DNA from: Bacteroidaceae bacterium
Lineage (GTDB): Bacteria > Bacteroidota > Bacteroidia > Bacteroidales > Bacteroidaceae
Assembly: GCA_045640825.1 (NCBI GenBank)
Contig: JAZUFR010000022.1
Coordinates: 403 to 64,402, forward strand
Length of the DNA: 64,000 bases
Direction: 5' to 3'
Shown here: positions 18,751 through 30,429 of the stretch, piece by piece
Numbering within the stretch: the stretch's first letter is position 1
Layout: every line of letters starts with the position of its first letter
The notes under the pieces: model-generated
Database searches by the model: none
The model's input: the letters and a program-made list of their open reading frames with translations, nothing else
Told to the model about the DNA's origin: nothing
Translations under genes and position numbers: made by a program

Positions 18751-19779
18751 TTACTCATCAAACAGGTCGCCCGTCATGGTGGAATACCTGGAGCGTCCAA
18801 GATGCTTGTATGCCAGGTCCGTTACCTCACGCCCACGCGGGGTACGTTTAAGGAATCCCTCCTGGATAAGGAATGGCTCATATACATCCTCTATGGTACC
18901 CGAGTCCTCGCTCAGCGCAGTGGCAATGGTACCCAGTCCCACCGGACCGCCCTTGAACTTGTCTATGATAGTGCAGAGTATCCTGTTGTCAATCTCATCC
19001 AGACCATGTCGATCTATGTTCAGAGCCTCGAGAGCTATATTGGCAATATCTATGGTTATGCGTCCCGATCCCTTTACCTGGGCAAAATCACGCACACGGC
19101 GCAAGAGCGCATTGGCTATACGGGGCGTACCGCGGCTTCGGCGGGAGATCTCTGCAGCTGCATCGGCATCGCATGGAATGCCCAGAATGCTGGCCGAGCG
19201 CAGTATGATCTTCTTAAGGGTAGTGGAATCATAGTACTCCAAATGCATGTTGATTCCAAAACGTGCACGCAGTGGAGCTGTAAGCAAACCGCTGCGGGTA
19301 GTAGCACCAATCAGCGTAAATGGATTCAGGTCTATCTGGATACTGCGGGCAGATGGTCCCTTATCTATCATTATATCAATGCGGTAGTCCTCCATGGCCG
19401 AGTAAAGGTATTCCTCTACCACTGGCGACAGACGGTGTATCTCATCAATAAAAAGCACATCCTTGGGCTCCAGTGAGGTAAGTATTCCAGCCAGGTCACC
19501 CGGCTTGTCCAGGACAGGGCCCGATGTTATCTTGAATCCTACACCCAGTTCATTGGCTATGATATTGCTGAGCGTGGTCTTGCCAAGTCCCGGAGGACCA
19601 TGGAGCAGGGTATGGTCAAGAGACTCACCTCTCTGGCGAGCAGCCTCAACAAAGACGCGCAGGTTCTCCACAATCTTGGCCTGGCCGGAAAAATCGCCAA
19701 ACCTGAGTGGGCGCAGGGCGTTGTCGAGTTCCTTGTCGGATGACTCCTGCTGATGTCTTATGTCAAACTCTCCAGTCAT
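18751..19779 (-). CDS. ruvB: Holliday junction branch-migration helicase RuvB
   Basis: 342 aa, Walker [10 protein letters not shown], RuvB-like throughout. Confidence 0.93.
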   Translation of the reverse strand: MTGEFDIRHQQESSDKELDNALRPLRFGDFSGQAKIVENLRVFVEAARQRGESLDHTLLHGPPGLGKTTLSNIIANELGVGFKITSGPVLDKPGDLAGILTSLEPKDVLFIDEIHRLSPVVEEYLYSAMEDYRIDIMIDKGPSARSIQIDLNPFTLIGATTRSGLLTAPLRARFGINMHLEYYDSTTLKKIILRSASILGIPCDADAAAEISRRSRGTPRIANALLRRVRDFAQVKGSGRITIDIANIALEALNIDRHGLDEIDNRILCTIIDKFKGGPVGLGTIATALSEDSGTIEDVYEPFLIQEGFLKRTPRGREVTDLAYKHLGRSRYSTMTGDLFDE

Positions 19780-21134
19780 TACCTGACAGCATCTACAAGA
19801 CTTTCGGCATTGAGCAGAGTCTGCTCGCCGCTTACCATATTCTTAAGTGTAACCTTACCCTGAGCAATCTCGTCACTGCCTGCAATTACCACAAATGGTA
19901 CAGCACCGGCATTGGCGTATGACATCTGTTTTTTCATCTTGACTGCATCGGGATAAATCTCCGACGCTATTCCGGCCTTCCTGAGATCAGAAAGCAGTTT
20001 CATGCAATAGGCAGCCTCCTGCTCTCCAAAATTGAGGAACAGCACCTTTACGCCTGCTGCAGCCTCCTTGGGATAGAGATCCAGTTGGGTGAGTACATCG
20101 TATATACGGTCTGCACCAAACGATATTCCCACACCGCTCACACCCGGCATACCAAATATACCGGTCAGGTTATCGTATCGGCCACCTCCACTTATGGATC
20201 CTATCTCAACATCCAGAGCCTTGACCTCAAATATGGCACCTGTGTAATAGTTCAGGCCACGCGCAAGGGTAAGATCAAGCTCTAGGGTATTGTTCAGACC
20301 AAGCTTCTCGGCACCACCCATTATAAAGCGGCATTCCTCAACACCTTTCTGGCCAACCTCACTGTTCTCAAGCACCTTGGCTATAACGTCAAGCTTATCC
20401 TGATTGCTTCCATCCAGCTTTATGATGGGCTGCAGCTTGTCTATGGCCTCCTGTGGAAGTCCCTTTGCAGCAAGCTCGGCATTCACTCCATCCAGACCTA
20501 TCTTGTCCAGCTTGTCTATGGCAACTGTAATGTCTACCATCTTGTCGGCCTGTCCTATGGATTGGGCTATGCCGGCAAGTATCTTACGGTTGTTCAGCTT
20601 GATTGCTACACGCACGCCCAGACGGCTGAACACGGTGTCTATCATCTGGATGAGCTCAATCTCATACAGGAGAGAGTCACTGCCCACCACATCGGCATCA
20701 CACTGGTAGAACTCGCGGTAACGGCCCTTCTGTGGACGGTCTGCGCGCCATACAGGCTGAATCTGGAATCTCTTGAACGGAAACTGCAGCTCCTCCCTGT
20801 GCATTACCACAAAACGGGCAAATGGAACAGTCAGGTCATAACGCAGACCCTTCTCGCAGAACTTGGATGCCAGCTTAAGGCTGTTGCGTGAGAGCAGTTC
20901 CTCATCGGTCAGGCCACTCATGTAATCACCTGAGTTCTGGATCTTGAACAGCAGCTTGTCGCCCTCCTCACCATACTTGCCCATCAGCGTGGACAGGTTC
21001 TCCATGGAAGGAGTTTCTATCTGGTTGTATCCAAACAGGCGGAAAACTCCGCGGATTGTATCAAATATATAGTTACGGCGAGACATTTCAATGGCATTGA
21101 AATCTCGCGTGCCTTTGGGTATTGACGGTTTCAT
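19779..21134 (-). CDS. hisS: histidine--tRNA ligase
   Basis: 451 aa class-II aaRS with the HisRS signature context [12 protein letters not shown]. Confidence 0.9.
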   Translation of the reverse strand: MKPSIPKGTRDFNAIEMSRRNYIFDTIRGVFRLFGYNQIETPSMENLSTLMGKYGEEGDKLLFKIQNSGDYMSGLTDEELLSRNSLKLASKFCEKGLRYDLTVPFARFVVMHREELQFPFKRFQIQPVWRADRPQKGRYREFYQCDADVVGSDSLLYEIELIQMIDTVFSRLGVRVAIKLNNRKILAGIAQSIGQADKMVDITVAIDKLDKIGLDGVNAELAAKGLPQEAIDKLQPIIKLDGSNQDKLDVIAKVLENSEVGQKGVEECRFIMGGAEKLGLNNTLELDLTLARGLNYYTGAIFEVKALDVEIGSISGGGRYDNLTGIFGMPGVSGVGISFGADRIYDVLTQLDLYPKEAAAGVKVLFLNFGEQEAAYCMKLLSDLRKAGIASEIYPDAVKMKKQMSYANAGAVPFVVIAGSDEIAQGKVTLKNMVSGEQTLLNAESLVDAVR

Positions 21135-21141
21135 GAGCAGA

Positions 21142-21852
21142 TCAGTTTCTTCTGGATGAATAGATCATGATATAGTAAATCAGTGTACCAAGTGAGCTTA
21201 TGGCAGCCACAACATAGGTGTAGGCAGCAGCCTTGAGTGCGTCCGATGCTGCGCCCATATCGGCCCTGGCAGCCACTCCCGACTGCTTGAGCCAGGCCAT
21301 TGCACGGCTGCTGGCATCAATCTCCACTGGAAGGGTTACAAAACTAAAGATGGTGGTCAAGGCAAACAGGCCTATTCCAAGAAGCAGCAGACCTGGGAAT
21401 GCCTCCACCAGGAGTATGCCAGCCAGCAGTATCCATGTTACGGTCTGTGATGCAAACTGCACCACCGGCACAAGAGCTGAGCGCATCTTTACAGGGGCAT
21501 AGTTACGGGCATGCTGTACTGCATGACCGCACTCATGTGCTGCCACTGCAGCCGATGTTATGCTGTTTCCATAATAGACCTCACGGCTCAGGTTCACTGT
21601 ATTGTTCTCTGGATTATAGTGGTCTGTAAGACTGCCTTCCACGCATGTTACCCTTACATTCCCAAGTCCATTCTCCTCCAGCATGCGGCGCGCCACATCG
21701 TAACCGGTAAGCCCACCGGAGGTACGTATCCTGGAATACTTACTGAACTTGCGGTTCAGATTAGCCTGTACGCCATAACTCAATATGGCTATGGCAATGA
21801 ACAGGATCCAGTAAAATGCATACGGGCTTATCCCGCCACCATAAGCTTCCAT
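21142..21852 (-). CDS. membrane zinc metallopeptidase (Zn_peptidase_2-like)
   Basis: 236 aa, HECGHAVQH (HExxH) flanked by transmembrane segments. Confidence 0.75.
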   Translation of the reverse strand: MEAYGGGISPYAFYWILFIAIAILSYGVQANLNRKFSKYSRIRTSGGLTGYDVARRMLEENGLGNVRVTCVEGSLTDHYNPENNTVNLSREVYYGNSITSAAVAAHECGHAVQHARNYAPVKMRSALVPVVQFASQTVTWILLAGILLVEAFPGLLLLGIGLFALTTIFSFVTLPVEIDASSRAMAWLKQSGVAARADMGAASDALKAAAYTYVVAAISSLGTLIYYIMIYSSRRN

Positions 21853-23126
21853 TATCCGCGAACTATTGTCTGGTTACGGTCTGGACCTACAGACACAATG
21901 GTTATAGGGGTCTCCAGATACTCTTCCAGGAATGAAATATAGTTATTGAACTCCTCTGGGAACTCATTCTCTTCCTTAACCTTGGTCAGATCTGTCTTCC
22001 AGCCTGGCAGTTCCTCATAGATAGGCTCTACACCCTCGCAGTCAAATGGGAACTCATCTGTCTGGGTACCATCGGGCAGCTTGTAAGCAACGCAGGCCTT
22101 GATTGTTGGGAATACGTCAAGTACATCGCTCTTCATGAGAATGAGGTCTGTAACACCATTCAGGCGGACTGCATATCTCAGTGCAACCAGGTCAACCCAA
22201 CCGCAGCGGCGACGGCGTCCGGTAACAGCTCCAAACTCATGACCGCGGTCTGAGAGCATCTCACCGTCGGCATCAAAGAGTTCTGTTGGGAACGGACCGC
22301 TACCCACGCGTGTGCAGTAGGCTTTCATTATTCCGTAAACACGGCCAATAGCGCTTGGAGCTACGCCAAGTCCGGTGCATGCACCTGCACAAATGGTGTT
22401 TGAGGATGTAACAAAAGGATAAGAACCAAAGTCTATGTCAAGCATGGTACCCTGAGCACCTTCGCAGAGGATAGTCTTGCCCTCACGCAGCAGATTGGTT
22501 ACAAAATGCTCGCTGTCCACAAACTTGAACTGCTTGATGTAGGCAATACCCTCACGCCATGCAGCCTCAATCTCGGTCAGGTCATATTCAAAGTTCAGGC
22601 TCTTGAGAGTACGCTCATGGGCAGCCTTGGCTGCAGCATAGCGCTCCTCAAAATCATCGCGCAGCAGATCACCTATGCGTACACCTGTGCGGGCAACCTT
22701 GTCGGTATAGGTAGGACCAATGCCACGTCCGGTAGTACCAACCTTGCCGGAACCCTTTGAGGCCTCAATGGCGCTGTCCAGCAAACGGTGTGTAGGCAGA
22801 ATAAGGTGAGCCTTCTTAGAGATAAGCAGCCTGCTCTTGAGGTCAATGCCAGCAGCCTCTAAAGACTCGGCCTCATTCTTGAACAGGGCGGCATCTATTA
22901 CCATGCCATTGCCAATGATATTCTGTTTGTTGCCCTGGAATACTCCCGATGGGATAGATTTCAGGACAAACTTCTTGTCGTCAAAGATAAGAGTATGACC
23001 GGCATTAGGGCCACCCTGGAAACGGGCTACCACATCGTAGCGTGGAGTAAGTACATCCACTACCTTGCCTTTTCCCTCGTCGCCCCACTGAAGGCCAAGA
23101 AGGACATCAATCTTTTCTGTTTTCAT
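21852..23126 (-). CDS. purA: adenylosuccinate synthase
   Basis: 424 aa with QWGDEGKGK and GGPNAGHT motifs. Confidence 0.93.
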   Translation of the reverse strand: MKTEKIDVLLGLQWGDEGKGKVVDVLTPRYDVVARFQGGPNAGHTLIFDDKKFVLKSIPSGVFQGNKQNIIGNGMVIDAALFKNEAESLEAAGIDLKSRLLISKKAHLILPTHRLLDSAIEASKGSGKVGTTGRGIGPTYTDKVARTGVRIGDLLRDDFEERYAAAKAAHERTLKSLNFEYDLTEIEAAWREGIAYIKQFKFVDSEHFVTNLLREGKTILCEGAQGTMLDIDFGSYPFVTSSNTICAGACTGLGVAPSAIGRVYGIMKAYCTRVGSGPFPTELFDADGEMLSDRGHEFGAVTGRRRRCGWVDLVALRYAVRLNGVTDLILMKSDVLDVFPTIKACVAYKLPDGTQTDEFPFDCEGVEPIYEELPGWKTDLTKVKEENEFPEEFNNYISFLEEYLETPITIVSVGPDRNQTIVRG

Positions 23127-23619
23127 TTTTTGTCTTTATGGTTTTATTCATCAATCTATTCTGTTTTCTCTTAAGTGTTGCAGAACATCTACCGCACAGT
23201 CCGTACACATTAAGTGACCATCCCGAAGCAGTAAACCTGCGCGTACGCATTTCATTTATCATACGCATTACCCTGGCATCGGTCATCTCCACAGCCTTGC
23301 CGCATCCTCCGCATACAAGACTTATGGTTCCTCCCTTTCTGTCTGTACGTTCATACAGTACCTGCCCGCCCACAAAAATCCGCCGTACCAGACCGGCACT
23401 CTCAAACAACTTGAGATTATTATACACGGTAGCACGGCTTATAATCATCCTGCGGTCCTCCGACAGCAACCTGCATACCTCCGTAGGCACAAACGGCGTG
23501 TCATTGGAGTAGAGCAGTTCAAGCATGGCAACTCTCTCCTGAGTATTCCTCATTGAGTTCAACGCCATGTAAGCCTCCAGTCTGCCAAAGGCCAGGGCAA
23601 GACTCTCCTTGTTATCCAT
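23107..23619 (-). CDS. fur: Fur family transcriptional regulator
   Basis: Winged-helix N-terminus plus two CxxC pairs (CGGCGK, CGRC). Start set at MDNKESL (ATG 23619), overlapping the upstream gene's stop by 8 nt. The track start at 23676 is an extension. Confidence 0.8.
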   Translation of the reverse strand: MDNKESLALAFGRLEAYMALNSMRNTQERVAMLELLYSNDTPFVPTEVCRLLSEDRRMIISRATVYNNLKLFESAGLVRRIFVGGQVLYERTDRKGGTISLVCGGCGKAVEMTDARVMRMINEMRTRRFTASGWSLNVYGLCGRCSATLKRKQNRLMNKTIKTKNENRKD

Positions 23620-24172
23620 TCCCTGTATCCAGAAAGCCCAGCGCAGCCCTTGCAGCCTGCGCACACAATACGTCACTGCCGTTTATCACCGCAGCAGCCT
23701 GATCTCTCAGCTCGTTTACATAGCGCGGTCCCATCTGCCCACCCTTACGCAGCAGGTTTGCAATAGTAAGGAAGCCACAGTACCGGGCCATATCATTGTC
23801 CGATGCAATCCATCGGAATGCCGTTTCTGATGCACCCCGCATCCTGCTGAAAATGTACATACTGCACACTTCAGCAAGATCAGGATACTCTATACTTTCC
23901 ATCCATACGTCGGCCAGATCAGCCTGGAACTGATCCTCCGGGTATATGAGTGCCGCCAGTATCCTGCATTCACGGATATTCTCCTTCCACAGGGCTGCGG
24001 CCAGTTCCGGGTCCTTGCCCGAATCCTGCGCAATCCTCCTGAGTTCAGGCAGGGAGACACCAAAATTAAGTTTATAGCCCATGCCGGCCTCTCTCATGCT
24101 TGTAGAGGCCACGCCGTTCATGCTGAGCCTGAGCTTACCCTTTATTTCCGTTACTTTCTCACTGACTGTCAT
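23612..24172 (-). CDS. DNA alkylation repair (AlkD-like HEAT-repeat) family protein
   Basis: 186 aa helical-repeat protein resembling the DNA_alkylation family (…LWKENIRECRILAAL…). Call by resemblance. Confidence 0.55.
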   Translation of the reverse strand: MTVSEKVTEIKGKLRLSMNGVASTSMREAGMGYKLNFGVSLPELRRIAQDSGKDPELAAALWKENIRECRILAALIYPEDQFQADLADVWMESIEYPDLAEVCSMYIFSRMRGASETAFRWIASDNDMARYCGFLTIANLLRKGGQMGPRYVNELRDQAAAVINGSDVLCAQAARAALGFLDTGNG

Positions 24173-24195
24173 TTCAGAAAAACTGCCAATTTACA

Positions 24196-24675
24196 TCACT
24201 TTGATGAATGCTTCTTCTTGTACTGATGAGGGGCCTCACCCTTCTCCTTGAAGAATGCCGCATAGAACGACTGACGGTTGGAAAAACCCGACATGCGTCC
24301 TATCTCTTCCATCGTTAGGTCAGAATAACGCCTGTCAGTCAGCAAGTGTACTGCATCACGTACTCTGAATTCGTTCACCAGACTGGAATAGTTCATTCCA
24401 AATCTTGAATTGATAACTCCCGACAGGTATCTTGGATTTGTACCAAGATCCTGGGCCAGTTGCTTTGCAGAATAATCCGGATCACGGTACTTTTTCTGTG
24501 CAACAATAATGGTAAGGATACCATCATAAAGCTCGTCAGCAAGCTCTGCACGGATAAGACCGCGGTAGTCCGCATCCTTCTCTGTTCTCTCTTTGATTTT
24601 GTAAGGTTTCGTGTCCACTGTTTTACTATTGGTTTTCGAGTACAAAATAAATAAATAAACACATACAAAGGGCAC
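24196..24675 (-). CDS. AraC-family HTH-only transcriptional regulator
   Basis: C-terminal ~100 aa is a double HTH of AraC type (YSAKQLAQDLGTNPRYLSGVINSRFG…GFSNRQSFYAAFFKEKG). There is no ligand domain. The start is uncertain: GTG at 24675, alternative GTG at 24618, no in-frame ATG. Confidence 0.7.
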   Translation of the reverse strand: MPFVCVYLFILYSKTNSKTVDTKPYKIKERTEKDADYRGLIRAELADELYDGILTIIVAQKKYRDPDYSAKQLAQDLGTNPRYLSGVINSRFGMNYSSLVNEFRVRDAVHLLTDRRYSDLTMEEIGRMSGFSNRQSFYAAFFKEKGEAPHQYKKKHSSK

Positions 24676-24819
24676 TATTTATAGATTATTAAACAAACAA
24701 ATTGAAAAGCTTTTTTTACCATGCGGTGATTATACTCATTCTAAACAAGGCCACAGTGCTGTTAAAAACTCTGCCGCGCCAATTGTGTTCAGCCTATTGC
24801 AACCATCGTGCTCTTTTCT

Positions 24820-24827
24820 TACCTTTG
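24820..24827 (+). promoter_or_regulatory. -7 box TACCTTTG for dnaG
   Basis: Exact TAnnTTTG match, 22 nt upstream of the ATG at 24850. Confidence 0.5.
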
Positions 24828-24849
24828 TGTCTCCCCAGGAAAACGGTTC

Positions 24850-26880
24850 ATGATAGACCAGCTCACAATAGAAAAGATACTCGATGCCGCAAATATTGTA
24901 GATGTGGTATCGGAGTTCGTTACCCTACGCCGGCGTGGAGTAAACTTTGTAGGGCTGTGTCCGTTCCATAACGAGAAGACACCGTCGTTCTACGTCTCCC
25001 CATCCAAGGGATTATGCAAGTGTTTTAGCTGCGGCAAGGGTGGAAACTCCATTCATTTCCTCATGGAGCATGAGCAGATGACTTTTTCCGATGCAGCCGA
25101 GTGGCTGGCCCGGAAATATGGAATACCATTCCAGAAACGCGAGCTCACAGATTCTGAGAAAGCACTGCAACTCGAACGGGAAAGCATGTTCATAACCAAT
25201 CAGTTTGCACGTAATTTCTTTACAGACACCCTGCGCAACACACCCCAGGGTGTAGCCATTGGAATGGCCTATTTCCGCAAGCGTGGTTTCCGGGACGACA
25301 TCATTGAGAAGTTCCAGCTGGGATACTGTCCCGATGAGCCCGATGCCCTGGCACGCGCCGCCCTGTCTGAGGGCTACACGCGTGAAAGCCTGCTCAAGAC
25401 CGGCCTTTGCTATGAGCGAGAGAACGACAAGGCCCTCAGGGACCGTTTCCATGGCCGTGTAATATTTCCAGTACTTTCCCTTTCTGGCAAGATAGTGGCA
25501 TTTGGCGGACGGATAATGACATCCGATGCCAAGGTAGCCAAATACGTAAACTCACCGGAATCCGTAATCTACTCAAAAAGCCACGAACTGTACGGACTGT
25601 ATCAGGCCAAGCAGGCCATAGTCAGGGAAAAGCGCTGCTTTCTGGTAGAAGGTTATGCCGATGTAATATCCATGTTCCAGGCAGGAGTGGAGAATGTGGT
25701 TGCATCGAGCGGCACCAGCCTTACCCCCGGACAGATACGCCTTATACACAGGTTTACAGACAATATAACAGTACTTTATGACGGCGATAAGGCTGGAATA
25801 AAGGCCAGCCTGCGAGGAATAGACATGCTTTTGGCCGAGGGTATGAACATAAAGGTTCTCCTTTTGCCGGACGGAGAGGATCCTGACAGTTTTGCCCAGA
25901 GCCACAGTGCAACGGAATTCCAGAAATACATAGAAACCCACCAGGTGGACTTTATACGGTTCAAGGTAAACCTGCTTATGGAAGACGCGTCGGATGATCC
26001 GTACAGCCGCAGCGAACTCATTAAGAGCATAACCCAGAGCATATCAGTAATTCAGGATCCCATAGTAAGGTCTGTTTACATAACTGAGTTCAGCCAGATA
26101 ATGAAAATAGATGAGCGCCTGCTCATAAACGATGTCAACAGGCGCCAGCGCGAGCAGTATCAGGCCGCAGCCCAACCCGCACGCCCTGCTCAGCAGGATC
26201 AGGACACACGTAATAGCATTCCCGATACTCCCCTGGCGGATGCTCCGCAACAGCAGGAACAAGCACGTGAGTTATCGGCCGAGGACCGTCTAAGAAAGGA
26301 AATCTGGGAGCTCAAGAACAAGGGATTGGGTCCAATCATGGACAAGGAGCGCATGCTATCCCAGCTGATAGTACGCTCCGGCGGAAAGGTCATGTGCACG
26401 GTACAGACAGAGCAGGGGGCTCAGGATATAACTGTAATTCAGTTTATTGTACAGTCACTCCTGAACGACGGACTCGAGTTCCGCCACCCGGTTTACCGTA
26501 GGTTTGTAGAGATTGCATCGGAACACCTTGAGGACACTGATTTTAACAGCCAGCGTTTCTTTATGTCACACCCCGAGACCTTTGTAAGCCTTACTGCCGC
26601 AAGCCTCATGGAAGAACGCTATCAGCTCAGCACACTGTTCAAGGACAGCAAGCCGGCCGATGACGAATCCCATCTTTTGCAGTTTACCCAGCATATAATG
26701 GCAGACTACCAGATGGAGGTGGTGCGCATGGAAATAAAGGATATAGAAAAACAGATGCAGGACCCCGAACTGATTTCATCAACAGAAAAGTTCAAGGAAC
26801 TGCAACAACTCTATAAACAACGGCTTGCCGTACGCAACCAGCTCTCCCGCACACTCGGGGAGAGGGTTGTAAATCTGTAA
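24850..26880 (+). CDS. dnaG: DNA primase
   Basis: Zinc-ribbon CPFHNEKTPSFYVSPSKGLCKCFSCGKGG and TOPRIM EGYADV. Start at MIDQLTIEKILDAANIVDVV; the track start at 24808 is an extension. Confidence 0.92.
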   Translation: MIDQLTIEKILDAANIVDVVSEFVTLRRRGVNFVGLCPFHNEKTPSFYVSPSKGLCKCFSCGKGGNSIHFLMEHEQMTFSDAAEWLARKYGIPFQKRELTDSEKALQLERESMFITNQFARNFFTDTLRNTPQGVAIGMAYFRKRGFRDDIIEKFQLGYCPDEPDALARAALSEGYTRESLLKTGLCYERENDKALRDRFHGRVIFPVLSLSGKIVAFGGRIMTSDAKVAKYVNSPESVIYSKSHELYGLYQAKQAIVREKRCFLVEGYADVISMFQAGVENVVASSGTSLTPGQIRLIHRFTDNITVLYDGDKAGIKASLRGIDMLLAEGMNIKVLLLPDGEDPDSFAQSHSATEFQKYIETHQVDFIRFKVNLLMEDASDDPYSRSELIKSITQSISVIQDPIVRSVYITEFSQIMKIDERLLINDVNRRQREQYQAAAQPARPAQQDQDTRNSIPDTPLADAPQQQEQARELSAEDRLRKEIWELKNKGLGPIMDKERMLSQLIVRSGGKVMCTVQTEQGAQDITVIQFIVQSLLNDGLEFRHPVYRRFVEIASEHLEDTDFNSQRFFMSHPETFVSLTAASLMEERYQLSTLFKDSKPADDESHLLQFTQHIMADYQMEVVRMEIKDIEKQMQDPELISSTEKFKELQQLYKQRLAVRNQLSRTLGERVVNL

Positions 26881-26886
26881 GGAAAA

Positions 26887-27480
26887 TTATCTACGGGAGA
26901 TCAGGTTCATGAACTCCTCTCTTGTCTTGGCCTGATTAAACGCACCGGTAAAATCGGATGTGGTAGTTATGGAGTTCTGCTTTTCTACGCCACGCATCTG
27001 CATGCACATGTGGCTTGCCTCAATAACAACCATTACACCAAGCGGCTGGAGAGTATCCTGAATACAGTCTTTGATCTGGGATGTCATGCGTTCCTGAACC
27101 TGGAGACGGCGGGCAAAAGCATCTACCACGCGCGCAATCTTGCTCAGTCCGGTAATGTAACCGTTAGGGATATATGCTACGTGAGCCTTGCCGTAGAACG
27201 GCAGTATGTGGTGTTCGCACAGAGAGTAAAAGTCAATATCCTTTACTATTACCATCTGGCTGTAATCCTCCTTGAACATGGCCGATTTAAGTATGGCCGA
27301 CGGATTCATCCCATATCCGCTCGTAAAGTCCAGAAAGGTTTTTGCCACTCTGAGTGGAGTGCGCTGCAGACCCTCACGGTCTGGGTTTGGTTCAATAATC
27401 TTGAGAATCTCCTCGTAATGATGCTTAAGGGCAAGGAACTTCTCGGATTCCTCATCTGAATAAGGTATCAATGAACTCAT
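26887..27480 (-). CDS. folE: GTP cyclohydrolase I
   Basis: 197 aa with CEHHILPF active-site context. Confidence 0.92.
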   Translation of the reverse strand: MSSLIPYSDEESEKFLALKHHYEEILKIIEPNPDREGLQRTPLRVAKTFLDFTSGYGMNPSAILKSAMFKEDYSQMVIVKDIDFYSLCEHHILPFYGKAHVAYIPNGYITGLSKIARVVDAFARRLQVQERMTSQIKDCIQDTLQPLGVMVVIEASHMCMQMRGVEKQNSITTTSDFTGAFNQAKTREEFMNLISRR

Positions 27481-27929
27481 AACTGTACTGTAATTTCCTG
27501 ATTAGGCATAATGATCATGCCCTTGTATTCTGTTTCCTTCTTTAGACGGCGCAACACCTCGTAGGCCTCTTCATAGTAAAGGAACTCACCAACAGTGCAG
27601 AGCCAGCGCGGGTTGCGGAACTCTGTATGCACCGGAAGGTCCGGATACTGGGCACGCAATGCACGGTAAACGGCATTTGCCCTATCCTTTGATGCGCGGG
27701 TATTGTTTCCCGCATAGACCTGGATTCTATATCCCTTGGCCTTGATTTTTGTTCCCGATTCAATATCGGATACAGTGCCTATCAGGCTGTCCAGACGGGC
27801 ATCCCTCTCCACACGTATCTGTCCCTTGCCGGGAATGTCCCTCTCCAGGTCCTGTACCAGCGTCCGCTCTTGGGCGCCGGCCAGAACCGTAAAGAGAAGC
27901 ATTATAAATGTAAGTTTTGCTTTAAGCAT
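27477..27929 (-). CDS. SPOR domain-containing protein
   Basis: Signal/anchor followed by a C-terminal SPOR-like domain ([33 protein letters not shown]…). ATG at 27929 preferred over the track's TTG at 27938. Confidence 0.75.
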   Translation of the reverse strand: MLKAKLTFIMLLFTVLAGAQERTLVQDLERDIPGKGQIRVERDARLDSLIGTVSDIESGTKIKAKGYRIQVYAGNNTRASKDRANAVYRALRAQYPDLPVHTEFRNPRWLCTVGEFLYYEEAYEVLRRLKKETEYKGMIIMPNQEITVQL

Positions 27930-28681
27930 TAGTTCCAAGCGTCAATGATACCCTTGAAATCGGCAGCCTTAAGAGAAGCACCGCCAATCAGACCACCGTC
28001 AATATCAGGCTTTGCAAACAGCTCAGGAGCGTTGCTGGCCTTGCATGAGCCACCGTAAAGGATAGATGTCTCTGCAGCCATCTCAGCACCGTAAACCTGG
28101 GCTACGCATGAACGGATGTAAGCGTGGATCTCCTCAGCCTGCTCAGCTGTAGCGGTCTTACCTGTACCGATAGCCCAGATTGGCTCGTAAGCAATTACAA
28201 TGTTCTTCCACTGCTCAGCTGACAGATGGAATACAGAACCTGCAAGCTCAGCCTTAACTACCTCATTCTGCTTGTTAGCCTCACGCTCAGCCAGAGACTC
28301 ACCAATGCAGAATATAACCTTAAGACCGTTGGCCAGTGCAAGCTCAACCTTCTCCTTAAGGATTTCTGGAGTCTCGTTGTAGTACTCTCTGCGCTCTGAG
28401 TGGCCCAGGATTACATACTCAGCACCAGTTGACTTAACCATCTCGGCCGAAACCTCACCAGTGTAAGCACCAGAAGCCTTGTTGGCGCAGTTCTCTGCAG
28501 AAAGCTTGATGCAGCTACCCTCTATAACCTGGGCAACGCTTGCCAGATGAATGAAAGGTGTGCCGATGATAACGTCACAGTTTGGGTTCTTTACTACTTC
28601 TGTGAGCTCCTTAGCAAGAGCCACACCCTCCTGGAGATTCTTGTTCATCTTCCAGTTTCCAGCTACAATTTTCTTTGCCAT
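27929..28681 (-). CDS. tpiA: triose-phosphate isomerase
   Basis: [14 protein letters not shown]-terminus and [11 protein letters not shown]. The track start at 28780 is an N-terminal extension. Confidence 0.93.
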   Translation of the reverse strand: MAKKIVAGNWKMNKNLQEGVALAKELTEVVKNPNCDVIIGTPFIHLASVAQVIEGSCIKLSAENCANKASGAYTGEVSAEMVKSTGAEYVILGHSERREYYNETPEILKEKVELALANGLKVIFCIGESLAEREANKQNEVVKAELAGSVFHLSAEQWKNIVIAYEPIWAIGTGKTATAEQAEEIHAYIRSCVAQVYGAEMAAETSILYGGSCKASNAPELFAKPDIDGGLIGGASLKAADFKGIIDAWN

Positions 28682-28701
28682 TTTTCCAAATATTTTAAAT
28701 G

Positions 28702-29835
28702 TTACTGTATTAAACCTCTTAGCCAGTCTATCAGAAAAATCATGAGCAGTGGCAGCATGAACAGCAATCCTACAGCCCATGGAGTCCTAAAGGGATCCTT
28801 CTGCGGTACTGCCCCTATCCTGAGTTCGTCTATGGGACCGGACAGCATCTCATCCTGCGGTATTGTTCCATGACTCCACTTGTTCACCAGTATTCCGTCA
28901 TGCAGAAGTATCAGGCCGGGATTGGAACGAACCATAGTCTGGAGTGGAATCTCATCACAGCGCAGGAAATCCATATCCACGCCAACATTCTCGTTCCAAA
29001 CCGCTATGGCATCGGCCCCCGATGCTGTTACTCCTATTATATTATATCCATAATGTTCGCAATAGTCAAATATGTCATCTATCAAATCCACATTTGTCTC
29101 ACTGGCAGTCTCCAGGTGCGGCGATACCAGAAGGAAGGTATATCCGCTGTCATTCAGTATATTAGCCGTAAGATCATTAAAATCCTCATCCATGAGCGTA
29201 AAATCGGCCATGGCGGGATTGGCAGACTCAAGTACCTCGTGCCTGAGGTCTGTGCCAACCTTGTAGGCACGGAAATCCAGAACCGGAAGACCGTTTATAT
29301 TGCCTACCATGAAACGCACAGCTATGGAAACCGTGAACAGGGTTATTATCCATTGCCGTTTCTCTACCACAAAAGGCACAATCAGCTTGCGGCGCACAAA
29401 CACAAATATGGCAATGGCCAGCAGGAAAATGTTCTTGTAGAAAGTCTGCCAGTTGGTAAGCACCAGGGCATCTCCAAAACAGCCGCATTCCTCTACAGGA
29501 TTCTTAATGGCAATGTACAGAGTAAAGGGCGTAAGCACACTCATCATCAAAAGAGTGAGCAACGATGAGCCCTTGCTGAACACGCCGCTGGTCATGTATG
29601 CGCCAATGAGGATTTCAAATCCTGCAAGAAGGCACGCAAAAATGAGCAGGGTAGAATCCAGCAGCATTCCGCCCATACCAAAAGCATACAGGTAATCAGA
29701 AAGCTTGATCTGTGTTCCAACAGGATCTATAGCCTTTACAATACCCGAGAACAGGAATGTAAGTCCTATGAGAATACGGCAAAAGTTTACCAATACTCCC
29801 TGGGGTGTAAGCTTTTTCTCTGTCTGGTTGCCCAT
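28702..29835 (-). CDS. DoxX/MauE-type membrane protein with C-terminal soluble domain
   Basis: 377 aa. The N-terminal half is polytopic with a CGCFG motif typical of MauE/DoxX-like proteins. Sits in the conserved Bacteroidales position next to tpiA. Confidence 0.6.
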   Translation of the reverse strand: MGNQTEKKLTPQGVLVNFCRILIGLTFLFSGIVKAIDPVGTQIKLSDYLYAFGMGGMLLDSTLLIFACLLAGFEILIGAYMTSGVFSKGSSLLTLLMMSVLTPFTLYIAIKNPVEECGCFGDALVLTNWQTFYKNIFLLAIAIFVFVRRKLIVPFVVEKRQWIITLFTVSIAVRFMVGNINGLPVLDFRAYKVGTDLRHEVLESANPAMADFTLMDEDFNDLTANILNDSGYTFLLVSPHLETASETNVDLIDDIFDYCEHYGYNIIGVTASGADAIAVWNENVGVDMDFLRCDEIPLQTMVRSNPGLILLHDGILVNKWSHGTIPQDEMLSGPIDELRIGAVPQKDPFRTPWAVGLLFMLPLLMIFLIDWLRGLIQ

Positions 29836-29837
29836 TA

Positions 29838-30422
29838 TTATTCTGGTTTCTTTTCTATCACAGTCTTTATAAGGCCAAATACAGCATAGTTTATCATATC
29901 CATGTAATTGGCGTCTATACCTTCCGATACAACAGTCTGGCCATCGTGTCCCTCAATCTCCTTGGTACGGTTTATCTTGGTAAGGATAAGATCCGTGTAG
30001 GAGGTGGTACGCATTCCGCGCCAGGCCTCATCGTAGTCATGATTCTTCTTTTTCATGAGTTCCAGGGCTGCATTGGCATACCTGTCATACTGGTCAATGG
30101 CCCACTCGGAGTCCACATCTACAGTATCGGAAAAACCAAACTCCAACTGTATGAGGGCTATTATGCCATAGTTCACTATGCCTATCAGTTCTGAGCTTAT
30201 GCCCTCGTCTATAAGGGACACACCCTTGGTCTCAAGGCTGCGAATACGCTTGGCCTTAATGAAAATCTGGTCTGTAAGAGACTCCGGACGCATAATGCGC
30301 CATGAAGCGCCATAGTCCTGCAGCTTCTTTACATACAGACTGCGGCACATGGAAATAACCTGTTCAAACTCACTGTTTGTATTGGTCACCACAACCTTCT
30401 TTCCTACATTATTACCACTCAT
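29838..30422 (-). CDS. DUF1599 domain-containing protein
   Basis: 194 aa with two DUF1599-like repeats (…YGASWRIMRPESLTDQIFIKAKRIRSLE… / …YDEAWRGMRTTSYTDLILTKINRTKEIE…). Confidence 0.7.
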   Translation of the reverse strand: MSGNNVGKKVVVTNTNSEFEQVISMCRSLYVKKLQDYGASWRIMRPESLTDQIFIKAKRIRSLETKGVSLIDEGISSELIGIVNYGIIALIQLEFGFSDTVDVDSEWAIDQYDRYANAALELMKKKNHDYDEAWRGMRTTSYTDLILTKINRTKEIEGHDGQTVVSEGIDANYMDMINYAVFGLIKTVIEKKPE

Positions 30423-30429
30423 ATCCTTA

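Noticed and set aside
21142-21852. Defence or toxin roles for the CPBP/Abi-type protease (1829-2581) and the HExxH membrane peptidase.
   Set aside because: Both sit in housekeeping contexts (ribF; purA-hisS) without partner immunity, toxin or nuclease genes. Nothing in the sequence supports a defence system.
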